Assembly: GCA_051942205.1 (NCBI GenBank)
Contig: JAVECO010000070.1
Location: 1 to 64,000, forward strand
Direction of reading: 5' to 3'
DNA from: Coniocarpon cinnabarinum
Lineage: Eukaryota
Length of the DNA stretch: 64,000 bases
Shown piece after piece: positions 49,474-60,848 of the stretch (position 1 is the first letter of the stretch; every line of letters begins with the position of its first letter). Position numbers and translations under genes: made by a program. The notes beneath the pieces are model-generated. The model was not told the origin of the DNA. It made no database searches and saw nothing but the letters and a program-made list of their open reading frames with translations.

Positions 49474-51688
49474 ATGCTCTGGCTGATAGCACTTGCACTC
49501 GCTGTGCTGCTTCTGTTTTATCTATTGCAGGCATGTCTCGCGTTTCGACGAAACGTGGCAATTGCAAAGGCCTCTGGTTTACCGTACGCGACGATACCGG
49601 TCGACAGCTGGAAACGGTATGGTTTCATGCGCTCTGATTTTGAAGCCTAAAGAATTCATCGACAATCCAGGTCATGGCTAGTGATTGAGCCTTTCCTCCG
49701 GCCCATAACGAAGCGGATCCTCCCTGTGATTTGGTCTGCAGATGCAGCTGAGTGTGTACTGCCTGTGGTGAAAACGACCCCTCGTTGTGAGGACAGCTAA
49801 CATGGACCTGCCAGCTTGCTGACCCGCGAATGGATATGGGGAAAAAGACGCGAGCTGTTTGATAAGTACGGTGACGTCTTCCTCCTTGTATCACCCGGGC
49901 GCACAGTGGCCTTCGTTGCCGACTGTGAGGCTACCTGTCAAATAACTGCCCGACGCAATGACTTTCCGAAGCCTATCGAGATATACGCAATTCTGGCCCT
50001 GTTCGGCAAGAACTTGGTTGCGACTGACGGAGCAGTGTGGCGCCAACATCGCAAAATCGCTGCATCATCGTTCAGCGAGAAAAACAATCGCCTCGTGTGG
50101 GAGGAGACTTTGCGCCAGGTGGGATCCATGGTTGAGAGTTGGCTTCTGCAGGGAAGCATGCCCTACGGCGCCACAAATGCTGTATGGGCAGTCGCCGAAG
50201 ACACCATGCGCCTGAGCTTGCATGTCATCAGCAAGGCAGGCTTTGGCTTGGAGATGCTCTGGCCCTTCGAGCAGGAACGTCGCCTCGGCCCAGGCGGCCA
50301 GCATCAACATCCCCCAGGCCACGACATGAGTTACACAGACGCTATGGGCGTCTTCCTTCACAACATTCTGATAATACTTCTCGTGCCCGCTTGGCTTCAA
50401 CGTAGGTTTGCTGTTCATATTGCTGCGAGGGTGCATCTGACCAGAGATGGTAGGAATTTTGCCGATACCCAGAGTGCAAAAGGCTCGCAAGGCTTTTCTG
50501 GAATGGGATCGGTATCTCAGAGAAATCCTGGAAGAGAAAAAGAAAGCTCTCGCGCAGGGCACTGGGCAAGATGGGGGTATGGATCTAATGGGTACGTTGT
50601 ATTATTCAAAATCCATATGGTGTCGGTTCTGATCAGCTTCTGTGATAGGCACACTGCTTCGTGGAGCCAACACACAAGCTGATAATGGCGCTCAGAACGA
50701 CGCGGACTCCAAGACCAAGGGTGCCTCGTCCACAACCGCGAACATGGACCCCGAGAGCGTATTTGGCGACGACGAGATCCTGGGCAACGCGTTCAGCTTC
50801 CTCTTCGCGGGGCACGAGACTGTTGCGAACACTGCGCATTTTTCTCTGCTGCTTCTTGCCATGAATCCTGATTTACAACGCCAGGCACAAGATGAGCTTG
50901 ACGGCATTCTGAAGGATAAACGTGCAGACGAGTGGGACTACGATCAGGACCTCACACGGATCTCCAATGGTCTCATTGGCGCAATTTTGAATGAAGAGTT
51001 GCGACTCTTTGCGCCTGTGGAATACATCCCCAAGTCGACACCGCGCTCTCAGCCCCAGTCGCTGACCTTGGCCAACGGCGAGCGGGTGACTATCCCTGCC
51101 AACAGCATGGTTGGGCTCGTGACACACGCGCTGCATCGACATCCTGCCTACTGGCCTCGAGCCGACGCGCAGGATTCAAACGATTTGCTCCGTTTTCGAC
51201 CAAAGCGCTGGCTCCATCCTAAAGGCGCAGTCGTCACTGGCGCGGCAGAACAGCCCTCAGGCGAGGCAGACATGGACGTGCAAGATGCCACATCCACGCT
51301 CTTCCATCCACGCAAGGGAACGTACATCCCCTTTAGTGATGGGCCCCGCTCCTGCATCGGACGGCGCTTTGCCCAGGTGGAAGCACTTGCCATCTTGACT
51401 CGTCTGCTGAAGCAGTACACCGTTGAGCTCGATCTTGCGGTAGTGGATCAGAGCCTGGGCAACGACGCCCAGGCCTACAGGACCAATCTCCAACGAAGGA
51501 ACAGCGAGAATCGTCGCCAGCTGTGGACCCAGGCGCGGGACAGGGCGTGCTATCATCTGGACCACTCAATGGTGACCATTGCGACGATGCAGATGCGCAA
51601 TGGCAAGGTTCCGATTCGCGTGGTGGAAAGGGGTATGGAAGTTATGGCTGTGGGCGAGACGTCGACGGTGCATACGACAGAATGGTGA
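49474..51688 (+). CDS. Cytochrome P450 monooxygenase
   Basis: N-terminal anchor MLWLIALALAVLLL, WRQHRK, AGHETVA, EELRL (ExxR), FRPKRW, heme motif FSDGPRSCIG. Several introns. Confidence 0.93.
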
Positions 51689-51992
51689 GAAGACGATGTA
51701 CTCAAGCCCGCTGCAACGGACAGAGGCCGAAGTGTGGTCTGCACGCATCTGATAGCAGTGTTAGCGCAAACATTAGATATGTTCTTCCTAAAAGCCAATG
51801 ATTCTCAGAAACTAATATGGATGTGTATGTATGCTCACAACTGCTAGGGGGATAGGTACCTAATTCAGTGCTTTATGATGTTTGAGCTACAGGGGCAACG
51901 TTACTTCACCACCGCCTCGTACTGGCGTGCTATCGCCTACTATAGCAATGTACGGCCGTCACTATCGTTCGAGTCCACCTCAACCCGCAACT

Positions 51993-52552
51993 TCACCACA
52001 CATCGACAGTCGGCAGAAGCAGTACCTGCTCCCTGAGCGAATGAACAGACGGAGCCCGCTCACAAACTTCACGGATCTCATCTTCATTCTGCCGCCCAAT
52101 CCACGCCACCCGCCACGGAGTCACCGTCGTGATCCACCCCCTTAAGCAGACATATCTATTGCGTCCATTTGGCCTTTCGACTCGCCACGCGCCACCCGCG
52201 TGCACGAGATGCCATGTACACGCGTCGCTCGTGACCACTTGCAGATGCTTGATGCGAGAGAATGGTATCTCTTCATGTAAGAGAAGGGACCTGAGCGCGT
52301 CTATGGATTGAGAGGTAGTTTCGCGGTGTTCGAGGGTGAACTTGGAGTCCAGCCAGTACTGGCGGTAGGCTGTTCTGTAGATTGCGCGGGCCTCGCGGCT
52401 GATCTGCTTGCATGCGAGCAACGCGGATTTCTGTGGAGGCTGGGCTTCAAGGAGGTTAATGGGTTCTTCCTGCGGGGGCGATGGAGAAAGACGAGGTGGT
52501 AGATGTGTTCGCGTAGCTCGGTGGGTAGGGTTAGGAGTGGAGAGCTGGACAT
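51993..52552 (-). pseudogene. F-box-like fungal hypothetical protein with a 1-nt frameshift
   Basis: SPLLTLPTELREHIYHLVF in one frame. It continues as ..INLLEAQPPQKSALLACKQISREARAIY..YW in another frame, with the shift at ~52485-52490 and no intron signals. Confidence 0.6.
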
Positions 52553-53377
52553 ATCTGTCATTTTACATGCAGGAGCTATATTCATGCTCGTTCTAATGGT
52601 TTCAATCTCAACATCTTGCTGTCACCATTGAGTCGAGGAAGCTGGCAAATGCTATGAGCCGGCTTGACGCCTGCCTTTGCAGCGCGGAACGTTATTTCAT
52701 CACTTTGGGGTCTGAGCTCACTCATATAATTTCGCTGAGAAAGCTTCGGTCACCAAGCAGCAGACTCCACGTTCCGAGCTCCCTTCATCCTCTTTGGGCG
52801 CTGCAAACGTAGAAGAATTGTTTTCCAGCTCAAGAGAATGGTGACAATGGACATCGATGTCGACCATGAAAAGGAGATGGAACCAGGCAGTAGGTCTTGG
52901 CAAATCTATGCCCTGGCTCATCTATGTAAAAACCACGAATTTCAATTTCCATTATCAACATTCTTGCCCGCAACTCAATTTTCTCGGATATGCGTCATCG
53001 ATGAGCACAGCCAAGCGGATGGACACTGCCAGAGCTTAAATGTTAGCTAATGCAATGGCTGAGCTTATCAGCGTGTGTGAGGATGTTTATCGCATGACCT
53101 CTGCCAGCCATACCGCTTTTGTCAAGATGCAACCAGCTTCTCTCCACTAACACACGACGGCCTGACGGGATGGCCTGGCGATTGACAGGCTCCCTTGTGT
53201 GTTGCCGTCATATCGCTCATTGGAGCTTTGCTCATTTTCTTTGTGATGCGATCGTTGCGTATGTCGTTGTCTGCGGATGCCGTGCATGACCGTGTTTGGA
53301 GCTGTCGTCTGAGGCGCGTTTCAGCATGGATTGATTGACTGTGACTGTGATAATTGAAGCCCCTACGTTCATCCATA

Positions 53378-55484
53378 ATGGCACGGCCGATTCAGCAGCC
53401 GCTTGAGTGGACAGATGATGATGGCGTCCAAGTGGAAGAGAGCTCAGGCTCCTATACCTCTGCACGCGGCTTTGCGTTTCGACCCCATAACCCGTCGCCA
53501 GGCACCTCAACCTCTCAAACTGAGGAGGCTAACAATTACATCATACGTCGAAGGTAGGGTGTTCTACAAAAATACCTATGTGCAATAAAACGAAGTTCTT
53601 TTTTACATTGCAAGTTCACTGAACTTCCTATAGGTCCTCCGTGACACAGACAGTCACTGCTATAGGAGATGCTGGAGGAGTGAACAGGTAAGGCTAAACG
53701 TCGAACTGAAACAACGACCATTCACACTCACGAAGAATAGCTTTAACAACTTTGCTCGGTCATGGCAGAGAGCTGCTGTGTTTCCCGAGTACATTGGAGG
53801 TCGCCAATGCTTCGTCAACCCAGAGCAAGACGACAATCACATTGGAGACATTGAACGCCTGTCAAGTCATGAGCGGCCATCCAAGCCACAGCGATCCTTG
53901 CTGAGGGCGGCGCTGGAGAATGAAGGACAGAATGTCCCCGAGCACTCCGTTGTCGAGGAAGCGGAGACATCGGAGGACGACGCGCCTCCCCAGCTGTCCG
54001 CGGTAGAGAGACGACTTAGTCAGCGTCGTTCGTCACCACACTTGAATAGCGTGAGGCATCTGGACCCTGGATTGATGTCGCCACTGATCGGCAGCTATGG
54101 AACAGTACCGGCGAGGCTCGATGAAGCCTCAATAATATCTTCACGTCCTGTGCCACAGATTGCCAGGCCGGAAGGAGCCAGACCTTCCGACCGGGAGAGC
54201 GAGCCGTTACTCGTCAAGCAGGATGATGAAGAGGGCAAGCCGACGTTGTCATTCGTGATTGGACAATCGACCGTGCCACAAACCGTGTTCAACTCAGTCA
54301 ATACGCTTATCGGCGTAGGCATGCTCAGTTTACCGCTCGCACTGAAATACAGCGGATGGCTGTTCGGCGTAGGGTTCTTTTTGTTTGCATCAGTCGCCAC
54401 CTCGTACACAGCCAAACTTTTGGCCAAATGTCTCAGTGTAGACAACTCCCTCATCACCTTCGCCGATCTCGCTTATATTTCGTTTGGATCACGAGCAAGG
54501 ATTGCCGTAAGTATCCTTTTCTGTCTGGAGCTGGTAGCGTCTTGTGTGGCTTTGGTCGTCTTATTCGCGGACAGCATGAATGCTCTAGTTGACGTGTGGG
54601 GCACGCTGGGATTCAAAATTATGTGCGGCGTGATCATCATGCCTCTTGCCTTCGTGCCCCTGCGATTCCTCAGCTTTTCGAGCGTTTTGGGCATTGTCTG
54701 TTGTTTCACTATCGTCATGGCAGTGTTCGTCGATGGTATGATCAAGCCGAGCTCGCCAGGTTCATTGCGCCAACCGGCAACTACGACTCCCACGCCATCT
54801 ACCTGGCGAACCCTTCCCTTGGCTTTTGGCTTGCTCATGGCGCCGTGGGGTGGTCACTCGGTATTTCCGAATATTTACAGAGACATGCGGCACCCGATGA
54901 AATATGGGAAGGCTGTCAACTACACCTACGCCTTTACGTTTTCCCTGGAGCTTGTCATTGCCGTCATCGGCTATGTCATGTTTGGAGAAGAGGTGCTTGA
55001 CGAAGTGACGTCCAACATTTTCCGTACCCGGGAGTACCCTCGTTGGCTCAGCTACGTGATAGCTATTGCCGTGTGCATCATTCCTCTCACCAAAGTGCCT
55101 CTCAACGCCCGACCGATATACAGCACTGCCGAGTTCTTTCTCGGCTTGACGAGACCGGCGTCTTCTGCACCGCTAGGAAAGCGCCGTTCCGCAACGACCC
55201 GAGCGGTTTTGACCGTCCTTCTCCGCTTGCTCTTGACGGTTGTCTTCGTCATCATCGCTATCCTCATACCATCATTCGATCGGATCATGGCGCTCTTGGG
55301 ATCTCTGGCGTGCAGCCTTGTTTGCATTGTTCTTCCATGTGCGTTCCACCTCAAAATTTTTGGTGAGCATCTGAGCTTCAGACAGAAGCTCATCGATGGA
55401 GCTTTGATTTCGATCTTTCTCCTTGGCGGCATCATTGGAACAGTTTTTGCTTGCCTTCCGAAACATACTTTGGGTGCGAGTTGA
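53378..55484 (+). CDS. AVT1: Vacuolar amino-acid transporter (Aa_trans family)
   Basis: Two 5' introns. NFARSWQRAA, QSTVPQTVFNSVNTLIGVGMLSLPLA, GLLMAPWGGHSVFPNIYRDMRHP, IPLTKVPLNARP. Confidence 0.9.
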
Positions 55485-55532
55485 GGAAGGCTGGGCAAAG
55501 TACAGCATGTGACTTTAGTAAGGTACACTGAG

Positions 55533-56426
55533 TTACTTCAAGACGATGGCAAAATTATTTCTGGATCCGCCTTTGCGAATTTCAGACTTTGGAAAGCTGG
55601 CGTGCTCGCTTGGTTTCTCGACGAGTATCCAGAGATAGTATGCAAGCTTTGCTGTAAGCTTTCGATGCCTCACTTGGAATCCCAAATTTCGCATAATTTC
55701 TGTCAGCCTCTCTTCATCAAGATATCGTGAGTTGGCCACACAGGGCGCTGGCACCACCAGAAAGAGCGAGGGAAACATTCGCATCTGGCCTTCGTCAAGC
55801 GAGACCCGTGCATGGTGCGTATCACGTCTCAAGAATTGAGTCGTTCGTCTCAACATTTCTCCTCGAGCAATTGCGTCAGGCACAAAGTTCAAGACCAAGC
55901 TCAGGCTTACGCAGTCAAAACAATGCTCGTCGTTACGCGGTAAGGGACGTTGCACGAAGTCCTGCTTGATGATGCCATCGCTCTGCGCATTTAGATCGAT
56001 CCTCGTCATTTGAAACATTTCAGACTTAGAGCAGGCATTGTCCGTCGACAACGCCCCCACTTCGAGCATGGCCCGTTTGCCTCCTATTCTGCTTTGTGCG
56101 TCTTCCGTCGAGCAAGCGAGCCATTCCATTAGCACCTTTGAAGAATCTCCACCACGCTGGGCCGACTGCCCGGTTTTGCTCGCTTGCTGGTAGCGCACAA
56201 GTCCTCCCTGTGCTTCTATTTCTGCTGTGATCTCCGCCGCGCGTTGCTTGTCACCGGCAGCAAGGGCTTGTGCATGATTCTTGCTCAGCTCGTGATGTCT
56301 GCGAATTAGTTGGCGACTTTTCGACGCCGAGAGACTTGATGATGCCGAGCCCTGTTTTCTTAGACCGCATGGTCGCCCTGAACTTAGCGACTTTGGTGCA
56401 TGCCTGCCGCGACGCGGTCGGGTCAT
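55533..56426 (-). CDS. BMT2: 25S rRNA adenine-N1 methyltransferase
   Basis: GGL..YQQAS..GQ..RGGDSSKVL, LEVGALS, RIDLN..IIKQDF, SLSLVLNFVP..RGEML, NSRYL, RNNFAI. Confidence 0.92.
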   Translation of the reverse strand: MTRPRRGRHAPKSLSSGRPCGLRKQGSASSSLSASKSRQLIRRHHELSKNHAQALAAGDKQRAAEITAEIEAQGGLVRYQQASKTGQSAQRGGDSSKVLMEWLACSTEDAQSRIGGKRAMLEVGALSTDNACSKSEMFQMTRIDLNAQSDGIIKQDFVQRPLPRNDEHCFDCVSLSLVLNFVPDAIARGEMLRRTTQFLRRDTHHARVSLDEGQMRMFPSLFLVVPAPCVANSRYLDEERLTEIMRNLGFQVRHRKLTAKLAYYLWILVEKPSEHASFPKSEIRKGGSRNNFAIVLK

Positions 56427-56670
56427 CGAGTCAGAATACTCGACCGCCGGATTTTCCGACCCATAGGCACTTCATATCTGTTACTCTCAGACAGATAGGT
56501 AGGGTTCTGAAGGCCAACCTCTCGGCCGAGAAGTTAGATATGCCAAGACCAGACAGAATAGGGCTGAACACTGCTCTCATTGGTCAGTATCTGCCCACGA
56601 TCATTTTGAGCGATCTTCAAGTCAACGTATTCAACCTGCGCTTTGCACGAATAACCTCACACTCGCCGCC

Positions 56671-57495
56671 ATGTCGTCAAAAGGACAGAAAGGGGGTGAG
56701 TCATATCAACGGATCTATTCCCACCATTTTGTTTTGGAGTCAGAGTCTCGAAAATGGGGTCAAGAGAATGAGCGCACAACTCCCACAAGCGAACGAGAAA
56801 TGGTGGGATGGACAAGATGCTGGAGCGGACACGCGCGGAGACATTCGAGGACAAATTCAGGTTTCTCGGATTACCAGTGCTAATGTATCTCTGACCAGGC
56901 CCCAAGCCCACCAAGCAAGCTGGCAAAAAGGCCACCCAAGCAGCGCGCGCCGCGCTCAAAGGCGTAAGTCAAGCTTCGTCAATACACACTCCACGCAATG
57001 GTACACAAATCGAAGGCACGAACATATCCAATCCATTCGGAACGTTCACCATATCGAATCCACATCAAAATCCACATCCACGATACCGCTCTTCGACTAA
57101 CGCCCAACTCACAGGTCAACACCCAAAAAGTCCGCAAAGTTCGCTTGAGCACCACATTCCACAGGCCCAAGACCCTCCGCCTCTCCCGCTCGCCCAAATA
57201 CCCCCGCAAGTCCGTCCCGCATGAGCCCCGCCTCGACGAGCACAAAGTCGTCATCCACCCGCTGAACACAGAAAGCGCCATGAAGAAGATCGAAGAGAAC
57301 AACACGCTCGTCTTTATCTGCGACGTGAAGGCCAACAAGCGTCAGATCAAGATTGCGCTCAAGAAGCTGTATGATGTCGATGCGGCGAAGGTGAATACCC
57401 TGATCAGACCGGATGGGAGTAAGAAGGCTTTTGTGCGGTTGACGCCGGATGTGGATGCGTTGGATATTGCGGCGACGAAGCTGAGTATTGTGTGA
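56671..57495 (+). CDS. RPL25: 60S ribosomal protein L25 (uL23)
   Basis: Exons ~56671-56695, 56899-56963, 57115-57495. [58 protein letters not shown]. Confidence 0.97.
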
Positions 57496-57786
57496 GGTGG
57501 TTTTGTGACGAGGGAGTGATGGTGGAGGAATGGTGCGAAATAAGGTACATGCATTGAGCACCAGCATGGAATGTCGAAAAGACACTCTTCGACGACAGTC
57601 ACGTCGGAAGACTCGTTCTCATGGTGGGGGATTGATACCAATGCTGTACATTCCGCCTCGTGACCGGGTATGCGTCAGTCACGTATCGTACAGCCCATTA
57701 CTTATCCTCAAATCGCGCATACACGCACATCACGTCGCGACCTCCGCCGTCCCTTTGCCAACCTCCAGCACCAGACCCGATGCGTC

Positions 57787-58168
57787 CTACCGCCCCCTCA
57801 AGTTCTCCAAATGCCGATACACCACAAAATTCGCATCCATAAACCGATTAACACAATGACTAACGCAAGGTTCTTCATAGCGATCCAGCTTCCCGCCACT
57901 ACTGCCTAAATTGCTTCCTTCACTTGTGACGCATTTCTTGAAACAGCTGCTCGTGAGCTGATGGATTTCTGTGAACTACTGTCAGCGTGTTGTTCTCATG
58001 GTCTTGGTGAACCAGTTTGGAGGAAGGGTATGAGATGTACGCACTTGTGGAAACCATGGCTTTTTGCTCTTCAGCGGCTATGAATTGTTTTAGATCTCTT
58101 TTGTCGCTGTCGGAGAGGGATGAGGAATCCAGTTGGATGTCGGGCGGTGAGGAGTTTTCGAGGGACAT
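57787..58168 (-). CDS. TIM8: Mitochondrial small Tim chaperone
   Basis: DKRDLKQFIAAEEQKA, intron, IHQLTSSCFKKCV..GKLDRYEEPCVSHCVNRFMDAN (twin CX3C). Confidence 0.9.
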
Positions 58169-58810
58169 TGTGATTTCGGCCTAAACGCGACGGTCGGAAT
58201 TGAGCTATAGGATCTCGGCAAGGGTTCACGTCGTGCTCCTGATCAATTCTTTTGTAAGAAAGGTGCTGGGAAACCACGGCGACCGATGTATGGAAGATTT
58301 ACAGGAGTGAGGGTTGCTGTATGGGATTTCGGGGTTCGGTAGAAGTTTCTCGAGTTGCTGTGTATCTTTGTGGTGCTGGATGCGTGTGTCTACATGTAAA
58401 CTTCTGTTTCGTCTGAGCCTTGCTGGATCGATGATGTAGTATGAACTGCAGCCTTGATACTAAGGCTACAAATTGCCAAAGCCGCCCACGCCGACAGAGG
58501 GATACACGTAAGCGTGGCTGATAATTTGAGTCACCTCACGCGTTTATTAAACTCAGCACCTTTCTGGCGTCTGATGAGAGAATGTGATCGTGATTGCATC
58601 TGAGAAGCAGAAGTGCTGCGTAAAAAGAGCTTGATCTATATGGGGCGTTTCCGCCTCGACGCCCTGCGATACCACACAATGCTATGACTGCGCCCCTACC
58701 TCTACTAATGGTGTTAAGCGCAGGTTACGGATTTCCAGAGAGGATTTGGACCCACAAGCGAGACTCAGACGTCTGTGTGACTATACGCTTTTCCTCTGTT
58801 TTTCGGCGGG

Positions 58811-59622
58811 CTAATCTGGTTTTTTCATAAGGTCATATTCCTCCATGAACTCAGGAAACAGTCCGAAGTTGTCCAGAACGTAACCGACATAGCGCACTCT
58901 GAGTTGCTTAAAAGAATCCTGACTCACTACTCCTCTGTCAACGCATTTGTATCTGTTAAATGGAATGTTGTGAGTGTGCTCGAGAAGAATGTAAGTGTCT
59001 TCTTCCACGCCGGGATTGCGCTTGTCAAGATGGACCGTCTGTACTCCCTGTTCATCCTGTTTTGGGCAGCCTCTTGCCTCCGCTCGACAGCCACATAACC
59101 GCATGTGTGTTTTGTCTGCATCAGTTGTGGCCTCAACGTGGGCTTTGTCAACTCTCTTGATCAGGACACCTTTGCCTTCACTGTTGCTGGAATCTAGAAG
59201 GATGAAGCTCTTCATGTGAATATCTTCATATTGCGGAGCCCAAACGCAAAAGAATCGGCGCGGCTTGAACCAACTTGCTACCTCTTCGCGATATTGCTCT
59301 GGCGTCGATGAGCGATCGTATGGCTGTGATTCATGCGAAGCTTGAGAGTCAGAGTCGTCTCTCCGACCACTAGGCACGCGCATGCTTTCTGAGAGCCTTG
59401 GTGGGCTCGCGGACCCTGTAGAATTTCGAGTGAGCCAAAGTAAGCGACTGCTTGGTTTTCTTCTTGTTGCGAATCCAATGAAGGAGTCGTACCCAGGTGG
59501 CCTTGAACGCCTCTACCTCCGCTTTGATTAGCCTGAAGAGGTCTGCCCGAATTTATGTTGACATATGTCGCAGCCTTAGCTGGATCATCGTCAAAGTTGA
59601 CCCCCTTGGCGCTTGCTTTCAT
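58811..59622 (-). CDS. DUF6590-like protein with N-terminal amyloid-like motif
   Basis: ATG 59622 (alternative ATG 59781): MKASAKG..INSGRPLQANQSGGRGVQGHLG. Intron 59416-59492 (GTACGA..GCTCAC..TACAG) joins in frame to SASPPRLSESMRVPS..WFKPRRFFCVW..SFILL..YILLEHTHNIPFN..RGVVSQDSFKQL, which resembles DUF6590. Confidence 0.65.
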
Positions 59623-59885
59623 GACATCGAACCTGGGCAAACCTGGGCAAATTGGACCAGGATATTTTGTCGTGCTTACCTCCACGTTGCTGGAAACAAG
59701 ATGGTCGTGCTTCTGGACGTTGTGAACTAGGCAACTGCCCCGCCTAAAGTACAATGTACTACAAGCTGAGTGGTCAGTCATGAACGGCTGTTCATCGGCT
59801 ATGCACAAGAGCCTCAATCAGATACTCCTCCAGACTTGGTCATGGAACTACGTCTCGACCCTTTTTCCAGGCGATTTTGCCTGCT

Positions 59886-60848
59886 ATGGCCGAAGCCTCA
59901 GGTCTCGTTATTGGCGCCCTGTCTCTAGCGTCTTTGTGCTCGACCTGCATACAAGTGTTTGACACATTTGAGGCTGGAAGGAACTATCAACGGGATTTTG
60001 TGCGAGCGTTTACAAAATTTGGCCTCCTTCGAGAGCGGTTACGCCACTGGGGCATTGGTCTCAACTTCGAGATCCAAGACTGTACGTATCGTCCCCAGCG
60101 ACGAAGCTTGAAAGGTGATGAAGATTCTGTCAGCACTAGCTTGTCAGGAATAAAAGAGACTTGCAACGACATCTTGGCGCTGGTCCATAGACATAGCTTG
60201 GTGTCCGCAAGCAAATCGCAGGCGCTGCCATCCATCTCCGAGACAGAAGAGGCTGCTTTGCAATTATTATCAGTCGTACCTAAGAGACTTGGAATATCGC
60301 CTCGGTATTCGTTGCGAAAACGTACCCTGTGGGCGATACGTGACAAGCATCGGTTTGAAGTCTTGATTCTGAACCTACAGTTCCTTATAGACAATCTGGA
60401 AAGGGTTCGCGATCCATTCGGAATGTCTTCTTCAGGCAAGGGGACCAAGGGGAGTCTGACATCCAGTCAACAAACAATTCCGGTCTTCAAGGATGAGACA
60501 ACCGAGGATGACACAGTTCTCGTCTCCATTGACCGTCACCCGTCCGCAACGGACAAAAAGCCTCGTCTTCAAGATCCAGTACAGCAAGTTCCCCAGACAG
60601 GAAAGGATCAAAGGAAGCTACGCACTAAAAGAAGCGAGGCTTTTCTAGAGGAACACACGTTCGACTCCAAAGAGACCATCGTTACCGGTCCTCAGAAAAA
60701 CCAGAAAGGTGGCATTGGAATGCAAGGCTTAATGGGAGATGCACCGGGTGTCACACGGGTTACTGGACCACAAACAAATACCGACTTTGGCTTTGGCTTG
60801 CAGGGCTCTACAACAGCTGAAGAGCTCAAAGAATTTCGACGCTCGTAA
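59886..60848 (+). CDS. HET-S-like HeLo-domain protein with C-terminal two-repeat prion-forming-domain-like region
   Basis: Hydrophobic N-terminal helix MAEASGLVIGALSLASLCSTCIQVF, GRNY, RLRHWG, KRTLWAIRDKHRFEVLI.NL..LIDNLE (HeLo hallmarks). C-terminal repeats TIVTGPQKNQKGGIGMQG and TRVTGPQTNTDFGFGLQG. Confidence 0.85.
   Translation: MAEASGLVIGALSLASLCSTCIQVFDTFEAGRNYQRDFVRAFTKFGLLRERLRHWGIGLNFEIQDCTYRPQRRSLKGDEDSVSTSLSGIKETCNDILALVHRHSLVSASKSQALPSISETEEAALQLLSVVPKRLGISPRYSLRKRTLWAIRDKHRFEVLILNLQFLIDNLERVRDPFGMSSSGKGTKGSLTSSQQTIPVFKDETTEDDTVLVSIDRHPSATDKKPRLQDPVQQVPQTGKDQRKLRTKRSEAFLEEHTFDSKETIVTGPQKNQKGGIGMQGLMGDAPGVTRVTGPQTNTDFGFGLQGSTTAEELKEFRRS

Noticed and set aside
49474..52552. Possible secondary-metabolite cluster around the P450
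   Set aside because: No PKS, NRPS, terpene synthase, cluster regulator or exporter nearby. The P450 appears to stand alone.
56270..57100. 276-aa ORF spanning BMT2 and RPL25
   Set aside because: It runs antisense to BMT2 and through the RPL25 promoter and introns, so it is a shadow ORF.
57901..57925. Possible tiny intron in TIM8 (GTGAAG..GCAG)
   Set aside because: The frame reads through as VTSEGSNLGSSGGKLD, the segment is too short, and it has no branch site.
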